Both the position numbers and the translations under genes were made by a program. This document shows positions 26,819-35,196 of a DNA stretch of 64,000 nt, piece by piece. The DNA comes from Candidatus Micrarchaeota archaeon. Lineage in GTDB: Archaea; Micrarchaeota; Micrarchaeia; Micrarchaeales; CABMGC01. A model generated the notes under the pieces. The model was not told the origin of the DNA and ran no database searches. It saw only the letters and a program-made list of their open reading frames with translations. The DNA is taken from assembly GCA_027319905.1 (NCBI GenBank), contig DAHVMJ010000001.1:97421-161420 (forward strand). Direction: 5' to 3'. Position 1 is the first letter of the stretch, and each line of letters starts with the position of its first letter.

Positions 26819-27585
26819 AGGAGACAAAAATATACTACAAAAAGACAAAGCTCAACACACCAATACTCTTTGTCGGCCTGCCTGGCATAGGCAGCATAGG
26901 CAGCCTGGTGGCAGATCACCTAAGGAAGGAACTGAAGGCGGAGAAGTTCGCAACTCTCTACTCGCCGCACTTCCCCTACCAGATACTTATGCTCAAGAAC
27001 GGCACCTTCAGACTCGTGAACAACAGATTCTTCTGCGCCAAGGGCGGAAAGGGCAGAAGCGACATAGTCATACTCATTGGCGATGCACAGCCGCTCACCC
27101 CAGAGGGGCAGTACGAGGTAAACGAGAAGATAGTCGAGTTCTTTAAACAGCTAGGCGGCAGCGCAATCTACACTATCGGGGGCTTCAGCATGGGAGCCCA
27201 CTACGTGAAGACACCGAAGGTCTACGGCCTTGCTACCGACGCGCAGACGATGAGCCAGATCAAGAAGCTCGGAGTGACACCGACAGACGCAACAGGCATG
27301 TCCGTGCTTGGTTCCGCGGGCATGATAGTCGCCTTCTCCAAGAAGCACAAGATAAACGCTGCGTGCATAATGGGCGAGACCGGAATGCTCGACGTCGATG
27401 CAAACTCTGCCAAGGCGGTGCTGCAGGTAATCGGGAAGCTGATCGGCAAGGAGATAAGGCTGGGCAGCATAGAAAAGCTTAGCGGCGAGACAGAGAAGAT
27501 GCTCGGCGAGCTTGCCGATCTTAGGCAGCCTCCAGCCCCTCCAGAGCCTGGTCAATTCAAAGGCGACCCCAGCTACATCAGGTAA
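26815..27585 (+). CDS. PAC2-family proteasome-assembly-chaperone-like protein
   Basis: 256 aa. PILFVGLPGIGSIGSLVADHL...and GETGMLDVDANSAKAVL are typical of COG1938/PAC2. The start overlaps the aIF2alpha stop (ATGA). Confidence 0.8.
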   Translation: MKETKIYYKKTKLNTPILFVGLPGIGSIGSLVADHLRKELKAEKFATLYSPHFPYQILMLKNGTFRLVNNRFFCAKGGKGRSDIVILIGDAQPLTPEGQYEVNEKIVEFFKQLGGSAIYTIGGFSMGAHYVKTPKVYGLATDAQTMSQIKKLGVTPTDATGMSVLGSAGMIVAFSKKHKINAACIMGETGMLDVDANSAKAVLQVIGKLIGKEIRLGSIEKLSGETEKMLGELADLRQPPAPPEPGQFKGDPSYIR

Positions 27586-27646
27586 GTGGGTGCGGGCAGA
27601 GGCCCCTCCCCCGATTTTATATGCCTTTTTAGCGTCTGTTCTATGC

Positions 27647-27717
27647 GCGCCAGTAGTCTAGTGGCCGGACACGAGCTTCCCAAGCTCGAAACCCGGGTCC
27701 GATTCCCGGCTGGCGCA
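27647..27717 (+). tRNA. tRNA-Gly (CCC)
   Basis: GCGCCAG/CTGGCGC acceptor, anticodon loop TTCCCAA, T arm CCGGG-TCCGATT-CCCGG, 71 nt. Confidence 0.9.
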
Positions 27718-27733
27718 TGTGGTTTTATGAAGG

Positions 27734-28681
27734 TCATATACGACCTGTCGCGCCAAGCCTCGCTTTTATGATTTCGAGTTTCTGAAGAAACTCCGGCCCT
27801 TCCCCGCTCTTTATCTGTTCGCCGTCGGCTTTTCTCAGCTCCAGGCCAGCAGAAGCGCACGCTTCCTCAACCGTCGATCCGCGCAGCAGCGCAGCCACGG
27901 CCGCCTGGTCCTTGTTTGACAGCATCGCCGAGTTCAGCGCGAAATCCTCAAAAGCCTCATACGCCACAGGCACGATTACCTTGGTCATGTCGGCCATTGT
28001 TACAGCGTACTGCCTTATCTCCCACTGAGCATGCGCGTCAAGTCGGAGAGAAAGGAAATGCATCAGGTTGTGCAGGTCTATCTTCCAGTACCACTCTGTG
28101 TAGAAATTAACTGGCAGCACGGTTCTGGCGAGTTCTCGCGCAAGCCCCCGCTCCACAAGCCCATTGTACAACGCGTAGCTAGCATCCGAATGCGCAATTA
28201 TCTCGTTACGCATCCGTTCCTTCGTCTCGATGCTCCATCCTTTCTCTTCTCTGCCCTGCCTGTTGCTGGTTGACTGCGCCTGTATCGCTTCAAGAGGAGG
28301 TACGTAGTATTCTTTTATAGCAAGGGAGTAGCGTTCCGAGTATTCATTCAAACTCGCGGTTCTGTGCCTTACCCACTGCCTGGCGACGAATATGGGCATC
28401 TTTGCAAGAAACTTCGCCTCTACCATCTCAAACGGCGTGGTGTGATGGTGTCTCAGGAGATATCTTATCAGCCCCTTATCATCCCTCAGAGTCTTGGTTC
28501 CAGCGCCGTACGACACCCGCGCAGCCTGCACGATGGCGTCGTCATTTCCCATGTAGTCCACAAGCGTCACAAAACCATGGTCCAGTACAGGCCTCCTCAC
28601 TCCTATTATTGCGTCAGCGGCAGGCACCGCAATCCTGCTCATTGGTATCTCCTGCTCCTTCGCGTTCTTGTCGGATATCAT
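27734..28681 (-). CDS. thyX: flavin-dependent thymidylate synthase ThyX
   Basis: The ThyX signature RHRTASLNEYSERYS is present. 315 aa. Confidence 0.95.
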   Translation of the reverse strand: MISDKNAKEQEIPMSRIAVPAADAIIGVRRPVLDHGFVTLVDYMGNDDAIVQAARVSYGAGTKTLRDDKGLIRYLLRHHHTTPFEMVEAKFLAKMPIFVARQWVRHRTASLNEYSERYSLAIKEYYVPPLEAIQAQSTSNRQGREEKGWSIETKERMRNEIIAHSDASYALYNGLVERGLARELARTVLPVNFYTEWYWKIDLHNLMHFLSLRLDAHAQWEIRQYAVTMADMTKVIVPVAYEAFEDFALNSAMLSNKDQAAVAALLRGSTVEEACASAGLELRKADGEQIKSGEGPEFLQKLEIIKARLGATGRI

Positions 28682-28761
28682 TGTCTCTGCCTTTTTCTCT
28701 TCGAATCGGGTGGGAGGCTATTTATAACCAAAAATTGCAAAAGTTTCCTCCTGTAAACTGC

Positions 28762-29427
28762 CTACATCACAAGAAAAACCGCGGACAGCGCCACACCCGC
28801 AAGAGAGCAAGCAAAGTTTGATGTGTACTTGTTCCCTATGCCTTCTTCTTCGTAGTATCCGAGAATCGAGTCGACGATAGATCCGAAGAATCCGCAGAGA
28901 GTCAGCACACCAACAAGCGCCATCGAACCGCTTACGTAGAGAGCACTGCTGCTTATGATCAAGGCTCCGAGCAGGCTCGCTCCTAGGCCGAGCAGTGTCA
29001 CGCCACCTGATACGCCCTTCTTCACCTTTTTCAACGTCATCAGCATTGTCGGTTCATTGTCAAGAACTCCAATCTCGCTTGAGAACTTGTCTGCCGTCAC
29101 AGCTGCTACACTGGCTATGTAAGCGACCGCTATGAGCGAGGGGGCTACAGGGGAACCAAGCAGCCCATTCGCATAAAAAATGGCAGACACAGCAACGGGA
29201 ACCATGCCGTTCGATACGACATTCTTCCAGCCACGCGCATGTTCGTACGTTCCTATGCCTTCCTTCTTCTTTCTGCCCACTTCGGTGACTATGGCCGAGA
29301 GAGCCAGGAAGCCGATTATGTCTACTAGGAAGAACAGCCCGTAGTTCTGCCCGAAAAAGAGTATCGCTATGCCGAAGAGAACGGCAAGCACAACACCCTT
29401 CTCGTCCAGCGTAAACAAGTTCGCCAT
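28762..29427 (-). CDS. DUF92/TMEM19-family integral membrane protein
   Basis: I chose the start at Met 29427 (MANLFTLDEKG), supported by TTTAAAAA on the minus strand at 29466-29473. Multi-TM, with the ADKFSSEIG motif. Confidence 0.75.
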   Translation of the reverse strand: MANLFTLDEKGVVLAVLFGIAILFFGQNYGLFFLVDIIGFLALSAIVTEVGRKKKEGIGTYEHARGWKNVVSNGMVPVAVSAIFYANGLLGSPVAPSLIAVAYIASVAAVTADKFSSEIGVLDNEPTMLMTLKKVKKGVSGGVTLLGLGASLLGALIISSSALYVSGSMALVGVLTLCGFFGSIVDSILGYYEEEGIGNKYTSNFACSLAGVALSAVFLVM

Positions 29428-29549
29428 TATTTCATCTTTTTGAAAACTTCCACTAGTTCGATACGTTTTTAAACCTAAAGAGAGCATATGCCTTTAGGTT
29501 CTCGTACCAATCCTCTACTGTGGGGAAAAGTATGAAACTGGTCGCCTTG

Positions 29550-29583
29550 CCAGCGCATGTGAACCATGTGCTGGCCTTTTTTT
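29550..29583 (+). terminator. orphan hairpin plus T7 tract (terminator-like)
   Basis: CCAGCGCATG-TGAAC-CATGTGCTGG forms a 10-bp stem with one G:U pair. It is followed by CC and TTTTTTT at 29577-29583. Confidence 0.35.
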
Positions 29584-29664
29584 AATCGGCCCATCAGCGT
29601 TACTGATGTGCCAATTCTTATAAATACAGCATAGAATAAGCCTAGTGGTCGTGCCGAGACAGAG

Positions 29665-30537
29665 ATGATGAAAAACAGGAAAGAGATATCGTCGCTGCTG
29701 CTCTTCTCGCTTTTCATAGGTGTCAGTTATCCCGCTGCCGCAGTAGCAACAGAGAGTACCAATCCCTTCTTTGTCGTGGCCGTCATGTACCTCATCGGCC
29801 TGCTAGTGGCGCTGGTCATTGGGCGAAGATTCACATTCAGAAAGGCAGACGTGCTACCCAGCGTTGCGTTCGCGATAGCGACATTTCTGCTGCTTGCTTC
29901 GCTCTACAACTCATTGCTCTTCATTCCCGGCCCGCTTGCGTCCTTCCTCAACCAGCTGGGATTCCTCGTGGCCGCTTTTCTTGAATGGGCGTTCTTCGGG
30001 CAGAAGATAGGCAGGGGCATGCTCACCGCATTCGTCGTGGCTGCCGCAGGGCTCATCATAATCCTGTTCAGCAACGGTATCTCTCTTGAAGCCAACCCAG
30101 GATTCCTGCTCGGTGTCGCGCTCGGCGTCGCTGGGGCTGTAGCCCTCGGCGTGCAGTACATAGTGGGGTCGAGATTTTCAAACAGAGTAAACCCAATGGT
30201 GTCTACTTTGTACTCTTGCGTGATCATATCAACCGCGTCCTTCATGATGTTTAGACTCCAGGCCCCTTCTGCACCCGTATCCATACCACTGCAGGCCCTT
30301 CCGTACGTGCTTTACCTCGGCATCTTCGCCAGTAGCCTTTCGAGATATCTACAGTTCTATGGCCAGAGGAAGATATCTGCCACAATGACAGGAGTCATCT
30401 TTCTCTCCATACCTGTCGTCTCTCTCCTATCTGGCTTGTTCTTCAACCAAACACTCAACGCGCTCCAGATGGTAGGGTCGTTGCTTCTTCTCTTCGCGGT
30501 GGTAGTCGTGGTGAGAGAACAGAGGCACAGAAGATAA
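29665..30537 (+). CDS. EamA/DMT-superfamily transporter
   Basis: 290 aa with about 10 TM helices in two EamA-like halves. TTATAAATA at 29618-29626 lies upstream. Confidence 0.8.
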   Translation: MMKNRKEISSLLLFSLFIGVSYPAAAVATESTNPFFVVAVMYLIGLLVALVIGRRFTFRKADVLPSVAFAIATFLLLASLYNSLLFIPGPLASFLNQLGFLVAAFLEWAFFGQKIGRGMLTAFVVAAAGLIIILFSNGISLEANPGFLLGVALGVAGAVALGVQYIVGSRFSNRVNPMVSTLYSCVIISTASFMMFRLQAPSAPVSIPLQALPYVLYLGIFASSLSRYLQFYGQRKISATMTGVIFLSIPVVSLLSGLFFNQTLNALQMVGSLLLLFAVVVVVREQRHRR

Positions 30538-30562
30538 TAAAAGGCTTAATCGGCTAATACTA

Positions 30563-31534
30563 TTGCTTATTCAAGGGGCTGTTTTGGCAAAGGACAAGGG
30601 CGTTCACGAACTCGAGGATCTACCGGGCATAGGCCCTGCCGCAGCCGCAAAACTCAAAACCGCTGGCATAGACAACATAGAGAAGGTGGCGGCTTCTTCG
30701 CCATACGAACTCTCCGAAATGATAGGCATAAGCGCCGAGAATGCGAAGAAGGCAATAGAGGCGGCGAGGGATGCTACAACAATAGAAGTCCAGACCGGCA
30801 GCGCCGTGCTGGAGAAGAGGGAGGCGATAGGCAGGATAAGCACAGGCTCCAAGGGCCTCGACGAACTCCTAGGCGGCGGCGTCGAGACAAACGGCATCAC
30901 GGAGATGTACGGAAGGTTCGCAAGCGGCAAGACCCAGCTAGGGTTCCAGCTTTGTGTCAACGCGCAACTGCCTGCCGGCAAGGGGGGGCTCGCCGGCACA
31001 GTGCTCTTCATAGACACAGAGGGCACTTTTAGACCCGAAAGGATAGAGACCATAGCCAAAGCGCAGGGCATGAACTCAAAGGAAGTGCTTGGCAATATCT
31101 TCGTCACACGCGCGACCAGCACCGACCAACAGATACTAACCGCTGAACGCGCGGACAAACTTGTCAGGGACAAGAACGTTAAGCTGATAGTTGTGGACTC
31201 GATGATGAGCCTCTTCAGATCCGAGTTCATAGGAAGAGGCGCACTAAACGAGAGGCAGCAGAAGCTCAACGCGCACATACACAAGCTGCAGAGGCTTTCC
31301 GATGAATACTTCCTTGCGGTGTATATGACCAATCAGGTAATGGACAACCCGGCCATACTTTTCGGCGACCCTACACAACCAGTTGGAGGCAACATAGTGG
31401 CGCACGCGGCCACCACGCGGCTCTACGTTAGGAAGAGCAAGGAGGAGAAGAGGATAATCAGACTTGTGGACTCGCCAAACATGCCAGAAGGCGAGACCGT
31501 GATAAAGATAACCCCCGACGGAATAAGGGACTGA
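30563..31534 (+). CDS. radA: RadA recombinase
   Basis: HhH N-domain (LEDLPGIGPAAAAKL), Walker A GRFASGKTQ, Walker B LIVVDS, and the conserved C-terminal core. The start codon is uncertain (TTG 30563 or TTG 30584). Confidence 0.95.
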   Translation: MLIQGAVLAKDKGVHELEDLPGIGPAAAAKLKTAGIDNIEKVAASSPYELSEMIGISAENAKKAIEAARDATTIEVQTGSAVLEKREAIGRISTGSKGLDELLGGGVETNGITEMYGRFASGKTQLGFQLCVNAQLPAGKGGLAGTVLFIDTEGTFRPERIETIAKAQGMNSKEVLGNIFVTRATSTDQQILTAERADKLVRDKNVKLIVVDSMMSLFRSEFIGRGALNERQQKLNAHIHKLQRLSDEYFLAVYMTNQVMDNPAILFGDPTQPVGGNIVAHAATTRLYVRKSKEEKRIIRLVDSPNMPEGETVIKITPDGIRD

Positions 31535-31539
31535 AACCA

Positions 31540-32208
31540 ATGGGAACCCTCGTTCTGAACTTCAAAAGCCATCAGGAAGTCCTCGGAGACGGAGCTGTTA
31601 AACTCGCTCGCATAGCCGAGAGCGTCAGCCACATGACAAACACTGATATCATACTTGCACCTCCCGCGCCCTTCCTCGCACTTGTAGCATCCAAAACATC
31701 GTGCAAGGTATACGCGCAGAGCATAGACCAAAAGCCATCTTCCCGCGTCGGACGAAATATTACGGCCCAGATGGCTGCGGCAGCAGGGGCGCGAGGGGCA
31801 ATGCTAAACCATAGCGACTTTCGCATTCATGCGCGCCTGATCGAGAGCGCAGCGCTTGAAGTCAGGAACGCAGGGCTCGAACTCCTCCTGTGTTCCGAAA
31901 CGACGCAGGAAGCCGGTAGGCTTGCGAAGGCCAGGCCTACTTACTTAGTGATAGAAGACAAGCAGCTCATAGGGTCCGGGGTTTCCATAACCTCCGCCAA
32001 CCCAAACCTCATATCAGATTCGCTAAAAGCAGCCCGCGCCGCAGGTTTCAAAGGCCGTTTCCTAAGCGGCGCAGGAATAAGAGAGGCAAAAGACGTTGAG
32101 ACCGCCATTTCTCTTGGTGCCGATGGGGTACTGGTGTCAAGCGCAGTGATAAAAAGCGCCGATTGGAGAGCCAAGCTGCTCGAGCTCTCCAGGCCTCTTG
32201 GTGGGTAA
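31540..32208 (+). CDS. tpiA: triosephosphate isomerase (archaeal short type)
   Basis: 222 aa. LNFK (catalytic Lys), LNHSD (His), VIEDKQLIGSG (Glu) and a GAG.. phosphate loop. Confidence 0.8.
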   Translation: MGTLVLNFKSHQEVLGDGAVKLARIAESVSHMTNTDIILAPPAPFLALVASKTSCKVYAQSIDQKPSSRVGRNITAQMAAAAGARGAMLNHSDFRIHARLIESAALEVRNAGLELLLCSETTQEAGRLAKARPTYLVIEDKQLIGSGVSITSANPNLISDSLKAARAAGFKGRFLSGAGIREAKDVETAISLGADGVLVSSAVIKSADWRAKLLELSRPLGG

Positions 32209-32985
32209 GTGCTGCTGCTTATTGGTTTGGGGCTTGGAACCAAGGATCTTTCGGTTCTCGCGCTTGACGAAATAAGGAAAGCAGATGAGCTCCTGATCGA
32301 AACGTACACCGCCCCCCTGCCAATCGACTACATAGAGTTCATAGAGAAACAAGCAGGCAAGAAGCCTACGCCTTTGAAAAGGAAGGACCTGGAAGAAGAC
32401 CTGAACGGAACAGTAGCGCGCGCGAAAGACAAGAACGTTGTGGTGCTCGTACCAGGCGACCCTCTTATAGCCACGACACACAGCATCATACTCAACGAAG
32501 CAAAAAAGCAAGGGGTGAAGTGCCGTGTGATACATGCACCATCTGTGTTCTCTATGGCAATAGGTGAGAGTGGCCTCGACGTTTATAAGTTCGGACCGAC
32601 GGTGACCCTTCCATTCTGGTCCGAGAGGTATAAACCCAGATCCTTCCTCGATTCTATAGGTAAGAATCTGGGCAACGGGCAGCACACGCTGGTTCTGCTA
32701 GACATAGATCAAAAAAGCGGAAGCCCCATGAAGATAACCGAAGCAAAACGGATTCTTGAGGACGCCATGGCGAACTCACAAGGGCCTCCCATCACCGGCG
32801 AGAGCGAGATCATAGTGATGGCCAACCTCGGGAGGGGCGATGAGGCAATAAGAAAATCCAGTGTTCGCGACCTGGGAGAACTTTCGAAAACTCTTGAGGG
32901 AAAGGTGCTTTCTCTGATTGTTCCAGGCCCGCTCAGTTTTGCCGAGAAGGAAAATCTCAAGCGCGCGGTAGACTCTACCTCCTGA
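32209..32985 (+). CDS. dphB: diphthine synthase
   Basis: 258 aa. LLLIGLGLG....S..AL..I..AD....E.YT, VLVPGDPL.ATTH, and GLDVYKFG. Confidence 0.9.
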   Translation: MLLLIGLGLGTKDLSVLALDEIRKADELLIETYTAPLPIDYIEFIEKQAGKKPTPLKRKDLEEDLNGTVARAKDKNVVVLVPGDPLIATTHSIILNEAKKQGVKCRVIHAPSVFSMAIGESGLDVYKFGPTVTLPFWSERYKPRSFLDSIGKNLGNGQHTLVLLDIDQKSGSPMKITEAKRILEDAMANSQGPPITGESEIIVMANLGRGDEAIRKSSVRDLGELSKTLEGKVLSLIVPGPLSFAEKENLKRAVDSTS

Positions 32986-33973
32986 TCTTCCAGTATCTCA
33001 TCGTGTACACCAAGAAGACAGTACTCACTCCTTCGGTGAACCACATGCTCGCGATCCTGAAGAAGATGACTATCGCCGCTGCAATCCCGAAGGTTATTCC
33101 TGCGGCCCCAAAGAACGCAACGAGATAACCAAGCAGCACGGCATCCGTCACGCCCAGCGTTCCCGGGATCCCGGTTACCATCCCGATGAGCAAAGACGAG
33201 GTGTATATGAAGAGTACCGTCGGAAGGAGCTCTGGCGCAATTCCGATGCCAAAGCTGAGTATCACAAAATATAGTGCAAGACTGCTAAGTATGACCGCCG
33301 GTATTGTAAAGAGCATCGCATATGCGTATGTACCGGCATCAAGCGATCTGCTGCTTTTGAAGTACAAATCAGCGACACTAAATACGCCCTTCAGCATCTT
33401 CCTTTTCTTCAGTTTTCTCTTCACCCATTCGTACGGAGGCCGCACGTATATGAAGAAGAACGGAATCAGGAGCAGCACGCTTATCACGATTGATACAAGG
33501 GCATAGGCGTGCACCAGGAAGGAGAAAAAGACCGCAACCGCGATGAACCCCAGGAAATCGGTGAGTATGTCTGCTACCACTGCCGGGAACGTCTTGCCAA
33601 ACCTGACTCCTGTTATTCTGTTCAGCGTGTACGCAACCACGGCGCGCCCCCACCTTCCCGGCGTTATGTCCATGGAGAACATGGAGAGGTATATGGGGAA
33701 GTTTTTCCTCCAGTCTATTCTTATGCCGAGCTTGCGCACAAACATGCTCCATTTCGGGAACCCTACCACGCTGCTGGCCAACACACACACAAGCGCAAGC
33801 GCATAGTAGAACAGGTTTATCGAGCTCAGAGTTGCAAGGAACCTGCCCACTCCCTCGTTCAGCATGGCAAGCGCAGCAATCACCACGAACATGCCCAGGC
33901 TCAGGCCAAGGATCGTGAGCACCGCGACCCTGGCGCGTCTCATCCGCTTCCCGTAGGCATAGCCTCCAGTCAA
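32975..33973 (-). CDS. UPF0104/LPG-synthase-TM-like (flippase-like) membrane protein
   Basis: 332 aa with about 8 TM helices. Has PGRWGRAV and GIPGTLGVTDAVL motifs. Confidence 0.75.
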   Translation of the reverse strand: MTGGYAYGKRMRRARVAVLTILGLSLGMFVVIAALAMLNEGVGRFLATLSSINLFYYALALVCVLASSVVGFPKWSMFVRKLGIRIDWRKNFPIYLSMFSMDITPGRWGRAVVAYTLNRITGVRFGKTFPAVVADILTDFLGFIAVAVFFSFLVHAYALVSIVISVLLLIPFFFIYVRPPYEWVKRKLKKRKMLKGVFSVADLYFKSSRSLDAGTYAYAMLFTIPAVILSSLALYFVILSFGIGIAPELLPTVLFIYTSSLLIGMVTGIPGTLGVTDAVLLGYLVAFFGAAGITFGIAAAIVIFFRIASMWFTEGVSTVFLVYTMRYWKIRR

Positions 33974-34041
33974 TTCGTCGCCGCTACTCCAAACATCCTA
34001 GAAGTTTATATGTGCTTTGCTAGCGATATACTCCTGACGCT

Positions 34042-35196
34042 ATGCTGCAACTCGGCATTACGGGCAGGGACAGGATTGTGGCCTCGGGCCCGTCCACGAA
34101 CGACATCCTGAGACGCGGCTCTTACGGCGAGCCGAGCCCTGATGGCCTTAGGCTCTCCACCGAAGAGGCGTTATATTTGATTGACATGAGGCACGCTGTC
34201 TTGGTCAGCGGGAAAAAAGAGATAGGATTTTCGGCTCTCGCGTCAAGGTTCTCCAAAGCAAACAAGTTTATGGCACGGTATTTCACGTACAAGGACTGGA
34301 GAGACCGGGGGCTCACAGCAATACCCGCAAACCGCGGTAACGAGAAGTCGCATCCGCTCCGGCCCAAGAGCTATCCCGCGGCCGCATTTAAACTTCCAAA
34401 GCAGAAGCTGCGCGGCGTCTTCTTCCACAATGATCTTGTTACAGTACTGGATGACGCTGAGAAAGGGAGGCAGTTGTACGAGAGATTCTGGCTTGGACAG
34501 TACGGCTCTTACAAGGCAGCAGACAGAGGCAGCCTGAGCAAGCTGGATGTGTTTGAGACGTTGCTGCTTATTGACTCCGGCACGCTCTCGCTTGAGAACT
34601 CAACAAGAGAGCCGCTGGTGAAACAGGCAACTGAGCGCCGTGCCGATTTTCTTGGCCTTTATGAGGTATACAAGGACTGGAGGGAGAAGGGATACGTGAT
34701 CAAGACGGGGTTCAAGTTCGGCACCCATTTCCGCGTCTATTTCCCCGGCGCCAGGCCAATGGAAACTGGCGGAGTTCAGACACACTCCAAGCACGTAATC
34801 CAGGTGTTCCCGAAGAGCTCAAAGATGCTCATATCAGAGTGGGCACGCGCAATAAGAGTGGCGCACTCTGTCAGGAAGACGCTCATTCTTGCAGTTCCAG
34901 GGAAGACGGTAGCAGGGAAAGCGGGTATAGACTTCGTGCTGTACCACAGACACGGAGGCGAAGCCGATGTTCCTGGCAGGAACCCTCCTAGCTTTGCCAT
35001 GCTCTCCATGAGCGAGGAAGAGTACATAGGGGGCCAGGAGTTCTCCAACGCAATAAACGAGGCCAAGAGGCGGGGCCTTGAGCTGCTTCTTGCCATAGCG
35101 GACAGGGAGACGGCAGTTACATACTACAAGGTCAAGCAGATAACGCTCCCCGGGAGTACGAACGACTACTTCGAGATAGACTGGATGCAACCGTGA
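34042..35196 (+). CDS. endA: tRNA-splicing endonuclease, three-unit single-chain form
   Basis: 384 aa. There is a partial unit (ARYFTYKDWRDRGL) and a complete catalytic unit (LYEVYKDWREKGYVIKTGFKFGTHFRVY...HSKHVIQV...VRKTLILAV). An extra C-terminal unit follows (LELLLAIADRETAVTYYKVKQI). Confidence 0.85.
   Translation: MLQLGITGRDRIVASGPSTNDILRRGSYGEPSPDGLRLSTEEALYLIDMRHAVLVSGKKEIGFSALASRFSKANKFMARYFTYKDWRDRGLTAIPANRGNEKSHPLRPKSYPAAAFKLPKQKLRGVFFHNDLVTVLDDAEKGRQLYERFWLGQYGSYKAADRGSLSKLDVFETLLLIDSGTLSLENSTREPLVKQATERRADFLGLYEVYKDWREKGYVIKTGFKFGTHFRVYFPGARPMETGGVQTHSKHVIQVFPKSSKMLISEWARAIRVAHSVRKTLILAVPGKTVAGKAGIDFVLYHRHGGEADVPGRNPPSFAMLSMSEEEYIGGQEFSNAINEAKRRGLELLLAIADRETAVTYYKVKQITLPGSTNDYFEIDWMQP

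Noticed and set aside
26815-27585. HbYX proteasome-activating motif at the C-terminus of the PAC2-family protein
   Set aside because: The C-terminus is ...PSYIR, which places Tyr third from the end rather than penultimate. The motif does not strictly apply.
29475-29717. 80-aa minus-strand ORF in the DUF92/EamA intergenic region
   Set aside because: It overlaps the EamA start and the promoter elements of both flanking genes. Its translation has no features. The region is better explained by promoters and hairpins.
30604-31332. 242-aa minus-strand ORF
   Set aside because: It is antisense to radA and is a serine-rich shadow frame.
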